Part shown: positions 61,116 to 64,000 of the stretch, piece by piece
Numbering within the stretch: position 1 is the first letter of the stretch
How the letters are laid out: the number at the start of each line of letters is the position of its first letter
DNA from: a virus
Taxonomy: Duplodnaviria; Heunggongvirae; Uroviricota; Caudoviricetes
DNA length: 64,000 bases
Reading direction: 5' to 3' (one strand)
IMG/VR virus record: IMGVR_UViG_3300005253_000530
Notes under the pieces: model-generated
What the model was told of the DNA's origin: nothing
The model's input: the letters and a program-made list of their open reading frames with translations, nothing else
Database searches by the model: none
Made by a program: the position numbers and the translations under genes

Positions 61116-61881
61116 TGTCTAGCTCCTTCACGAGCTGTTCACTTATTTTCTCTAACCTTTTCCGCAATAGTTCTTTTGCAGCTTCGCTTAGGTTAGAAAG
61201 ATGCCCACAATAACTACGGCTATGATATTTATAGTTATTACTTACATTTACATAGCTGTGGACTTCACATGCTAGATTATTCCATGGAAATCTTAGTACA
61301 AAGTGTAGGTCCAGCAAGTCATTAGGATTTGTAGCTGGTACTGTTATTTGTACCCGAGCTATTTTGAGCTGTTCCACCAGTCCTTTAGTTATTTCGCCCA
61401 TCATTTCTATTCGTTCCCCTTAGTGTAATTTAGTACTTGCTGGAACAGCGGACTCTATTTTGTCTTTAAGGTTATTTATTTTATCTGAGTAAGACAAAAC
61501 TATACTTGAGATTTCTGTCATTGATTCTGTCATCCAGCTAGCGCTAGCATTCATCACCTTTTCTTCGATATATGATGAATGACCTACAAACTTTTTACCA
61601 ACATCAGATTTGTAGAACTTTATCAGTTTCTTCAAATCTCTTTTACTAAATATTTCTGCATAGGTAGCGGCAGTAGCTCTAGTTAGCACAAGCACACCGT
61701 CAATGAAAACCCCGTTTATATCATTGGCAAGTTCTGGCATATCAAGAACATTTTTGGCAGCTGTAAATATTGAGCTATCATTTTTTATAATTTGTAAAGC
61801 CCTGTGGAATTTTTCATACATCCCCATTACTCCCATCAGCTTCAGAGCTAATTGCATTTCTTTTAAGCTCATATTGTTCTC

Positions 61882-62316
61882 CTATATAATTGCTATTGGC
61901 CCTTTTCTAGCAGCCTCACCTTTTTCTTTTTTAGTGGCTGATTTACACCACTCTTTCCAATCCTTTATTTTCGTCAGTCCCTGGACGTCACCGCAATAGG
62001 TATAAATTATTGCTGGGCCTTTCAGTGTCTTGATAGTATTGCGCTCATATAATCCAGTATGGACGCCCTCTATTGCATCCATTATTTCGAGTATGCCCTC
62101 TTCTTGTAACTTGCTAACATACAGCTCCCACACCTCGGCTATAATACTATCGCCTTCGCTTAATTTGGCCCCAGGAACATTACCAACTACATACATGGCG
62201 ATTCCGCCCAGCTCTCTCAAATCCATAGAATGCGATTTTGCCATATTTTTAAAGGATTCAATCCAATCATGTAACTGACCGCCTACTCTAAACGATCCAT
62301 ATACAGCTATTCTCAT
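61882..62316 (-). CDS. gamma-glutamyl cyclotransferase-like (AIG2/GGCT fold) protein
   Basis: N-terminal MRIAVYGSFRVGG (YGS motif) and downstream AEVWEL Glu. Confidence 0.55.
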   Translation of the reverse strand: MRIAVYGSFRVGGQLHDWIESFKNMAKSHSMDLRELGGIAMYVVGNVPGAKLSEGDSIIAEVWELYVSKLQEEGILEIMDAIEGVHTGLYERNTIKTLKGPAIIYTYCGDVQGLTKIKDWKEWCKSATKKEKGEAARKGPIAII

Positions 62317-63028
62317 ATTGGCCTCCTCTTACATGCCTGTGTATTTTATATATTCCCCATGGGAGAATTCTTCGACTGATTGCTTAGTGAGTTTAAGAAA
62401 CTCTTTTAATGTCAGTATATGCTCTTTGAGATCTATACTTGAGAGTGGTAAATATGCCACGCTATCTCCTTCTCTAGTGGCCCAGCAAGTATATTCTGGA
62501 GTCTTCTTATAGCTCGGAAGGACACCCACTGGTCCACCACGATAAAGATTTCGCCATATCTTCCTTGTATATTTGTCTTCTGGAAAACTTTTGATGACAA
62601 ATCTATTTGATTCTTTTTGGACAATGTGGCCCGAAAAATAGGTTATTATTTCGTGCATGCAGAAATGGAACTCACTACGATCAAATAGAGATGCTAGAAT
62701 AACGAGAGGAAAGCCGAATATCCTACGCCAATTAAGTATAAATCTGCCATAAGACATATTGTCGTTATAGACATGAGCAACAATATTTTTCATAATATTT
62801 TCTCCAATCTTCTATATTTAACTTAGGTTTTGTTAGATGTATTTGCCGCAAGACAAACCTTTACCGTTTTCTACAGACTTAATCATGCGGTTCAGCGTAT
62901 TTAATTCAAAGGACAACCGCTTAGCCTCCAGTAAGGACTTCCACTCGTCTACTTGTTCAAGCCCTTTTAGTTTTTTGAGTTCAAGAGCTTTCAATAGTAT
63001 TTCTGTTTCTAATTTAGTTAGCTGCATG

Positions 63029-63442
63029 TCATCCTCCTATAGATGTATTATATACATACACTGCAAGATTCTTACTCTTCGCAGCTTTTATCATGTCTCT
63101 AGTGCCACGAGATTCTCCGTCCCATACAGCGATTAGAACATCACCATACTGAGCCATTTTCTCATTTCGCTGGAAACCAGCCCGGGCATTGTATTGTTTA
63201 CCAAATTTATTAGTTCGGATCAGAGCATTAGGAACAGTAATATCGTCCCACAATGCAGGAAATGGTTCAACCTTGACTCCATGTTCTAGAGCCCACTGTT
63301 CGCCAAGAGTATCAACTCCACCTGCACAGCCTGAAACTATTTCGGTTATTTGGATATTATATTTGGATAGTGTGTTTGATATGACAGCTGAGACTAGCTG
63401 ATAATTCATGATTTGTCGGCTACCGGCTATTATAACCTTCAT
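63029..63442 (-). CDS. SLOG-superfamily Rossmann protein (LOG/DprA-like, DUF2493-type)
   Basis: IIAGSR...SGCAGGVDTLGEQWA...VWDGESRGT glycine-rich loops. Confidence 0.45.
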   Translation of the reverse strand: MKVIIAGSRQIMNYQLVSAVISNTLSKYNIQITEIVSGCAGGVDTLGEQWALEHGVKVEPFPALWDDITVPNALIRTNKFGKQYNARAGFQRNEKMAQYGDVLIAVWDGESRGTRDMIKAAKSKNLAVYVYNTSIGG

Positions 63443-64000
63443 CGCCTATACTCCCAAGGAATCTTGACACAAAAATACAAAGGCCAGCTGATTACGTAAT
63501 AAACGAGTTTAATTAAGCGGCCGGGTACAGCAGGAAGCCTATCAAAAAACTCGCCCAACCTTGTGTGGTGTGTCCTTGTAGCAAAATAACCTACACTCCC
63601 ATCCGCACGAGCACTCTCATAGTTGATATATTTGTGTGAAGTGCTGTGGAATATATTGTGTGGTTCCCACGATAATAGTTTATTAATACGTTTTACTAGT
63701 TTCTTCATTTTAAAACCTTTTACTGATGAAAATAGCTTGTACAAATAGCTGCCCTGGTGGCACCAGCAGGATACCCTCAAACCCTTATTCCGTCCCAAGG
63801 ATTTTTATTTGTGAGATAAATCCTTTGCCCTGACTAATTAAGCCTGAACCCTATATCCTTCACTCGCTGGTTGTCCAGCCGCCATTAGGGGGGGTTTTTG
63901 CTGATCTTTATCACTATTTATACAAGTCTGTTTGATGAGTTATTAGCCTTTAAGGTGTTGTGATATATCGGTGGTGATATTCACTTCATCCAAAAGCATA

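Overview
The window reads as part of a large, AT-rich (about one-third GC) tailed-phage genome. All confidently called genes lie on the minus strand, packed with overlapping stop/start codons and Shine-Dalgarno-type RBSs (AGGAG). The first 4 kb and scattered later sites carry a tRNA array (Thr-UGU, Leu-UAG, two Pro-UGG-type, Glu-CUC, Glu-UUC), several decayed tRNA remnants and an odd tRNA-like gene enclosed by a perfect 21-bp inverted repeat. Enzyme-coding content recognisable from sequence motifs:
- A 1163-aa single-polypeptide RNA polymerase that carries both the beta-type (HGNKG...NFGQILE) and the beta'-type (DFDGD) double-psi beta-barrel motifs; a phage sigma-70-family factor is also present.
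- A large operon plus a second locus encoding an unusual peptide/metabolite ligation toolkit: four glutamine-synthetase/GCS2-like carboxylate-amine ligases, one RimK-like ATP-grasp ligase with a GC-rich Ala/Arg/Pro tail, two class-II (N-terminal Cys) glutamine amidotransferases, GNAT, C26 gamma-glutamyl-hydrolase-like peptidase, GGCT-like cyclotransferase, NUDIX.
- Two CCA-adding-enzyme paralogs (one with degenerate catalytic carboxylates), a stand-alone HD hydrolase and a metallophosphoesterase; together with the tRNA set these could form a tRNA-repair/counter-defence module.
- RuvB-like ATPase, SF2 helicase, SSB, DNA methyltransferase with an adjacent LAGLIDADG homing endonuclease, lytic transglycosylase.
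- A GC-elevated SPFH/band-7 lipoprotein moron with its own intrinsic terminator, and a Pol-beta-type nucleotidyltransferase.
The 45-60 kb segment is a patchwork of duplicated small-gene modules and gene remnants. There is also a 400-bp ORF-free GC-elevated island that may encode a structured RNA. No CRISPR array and no sign of stop-codon reassignment were seen.
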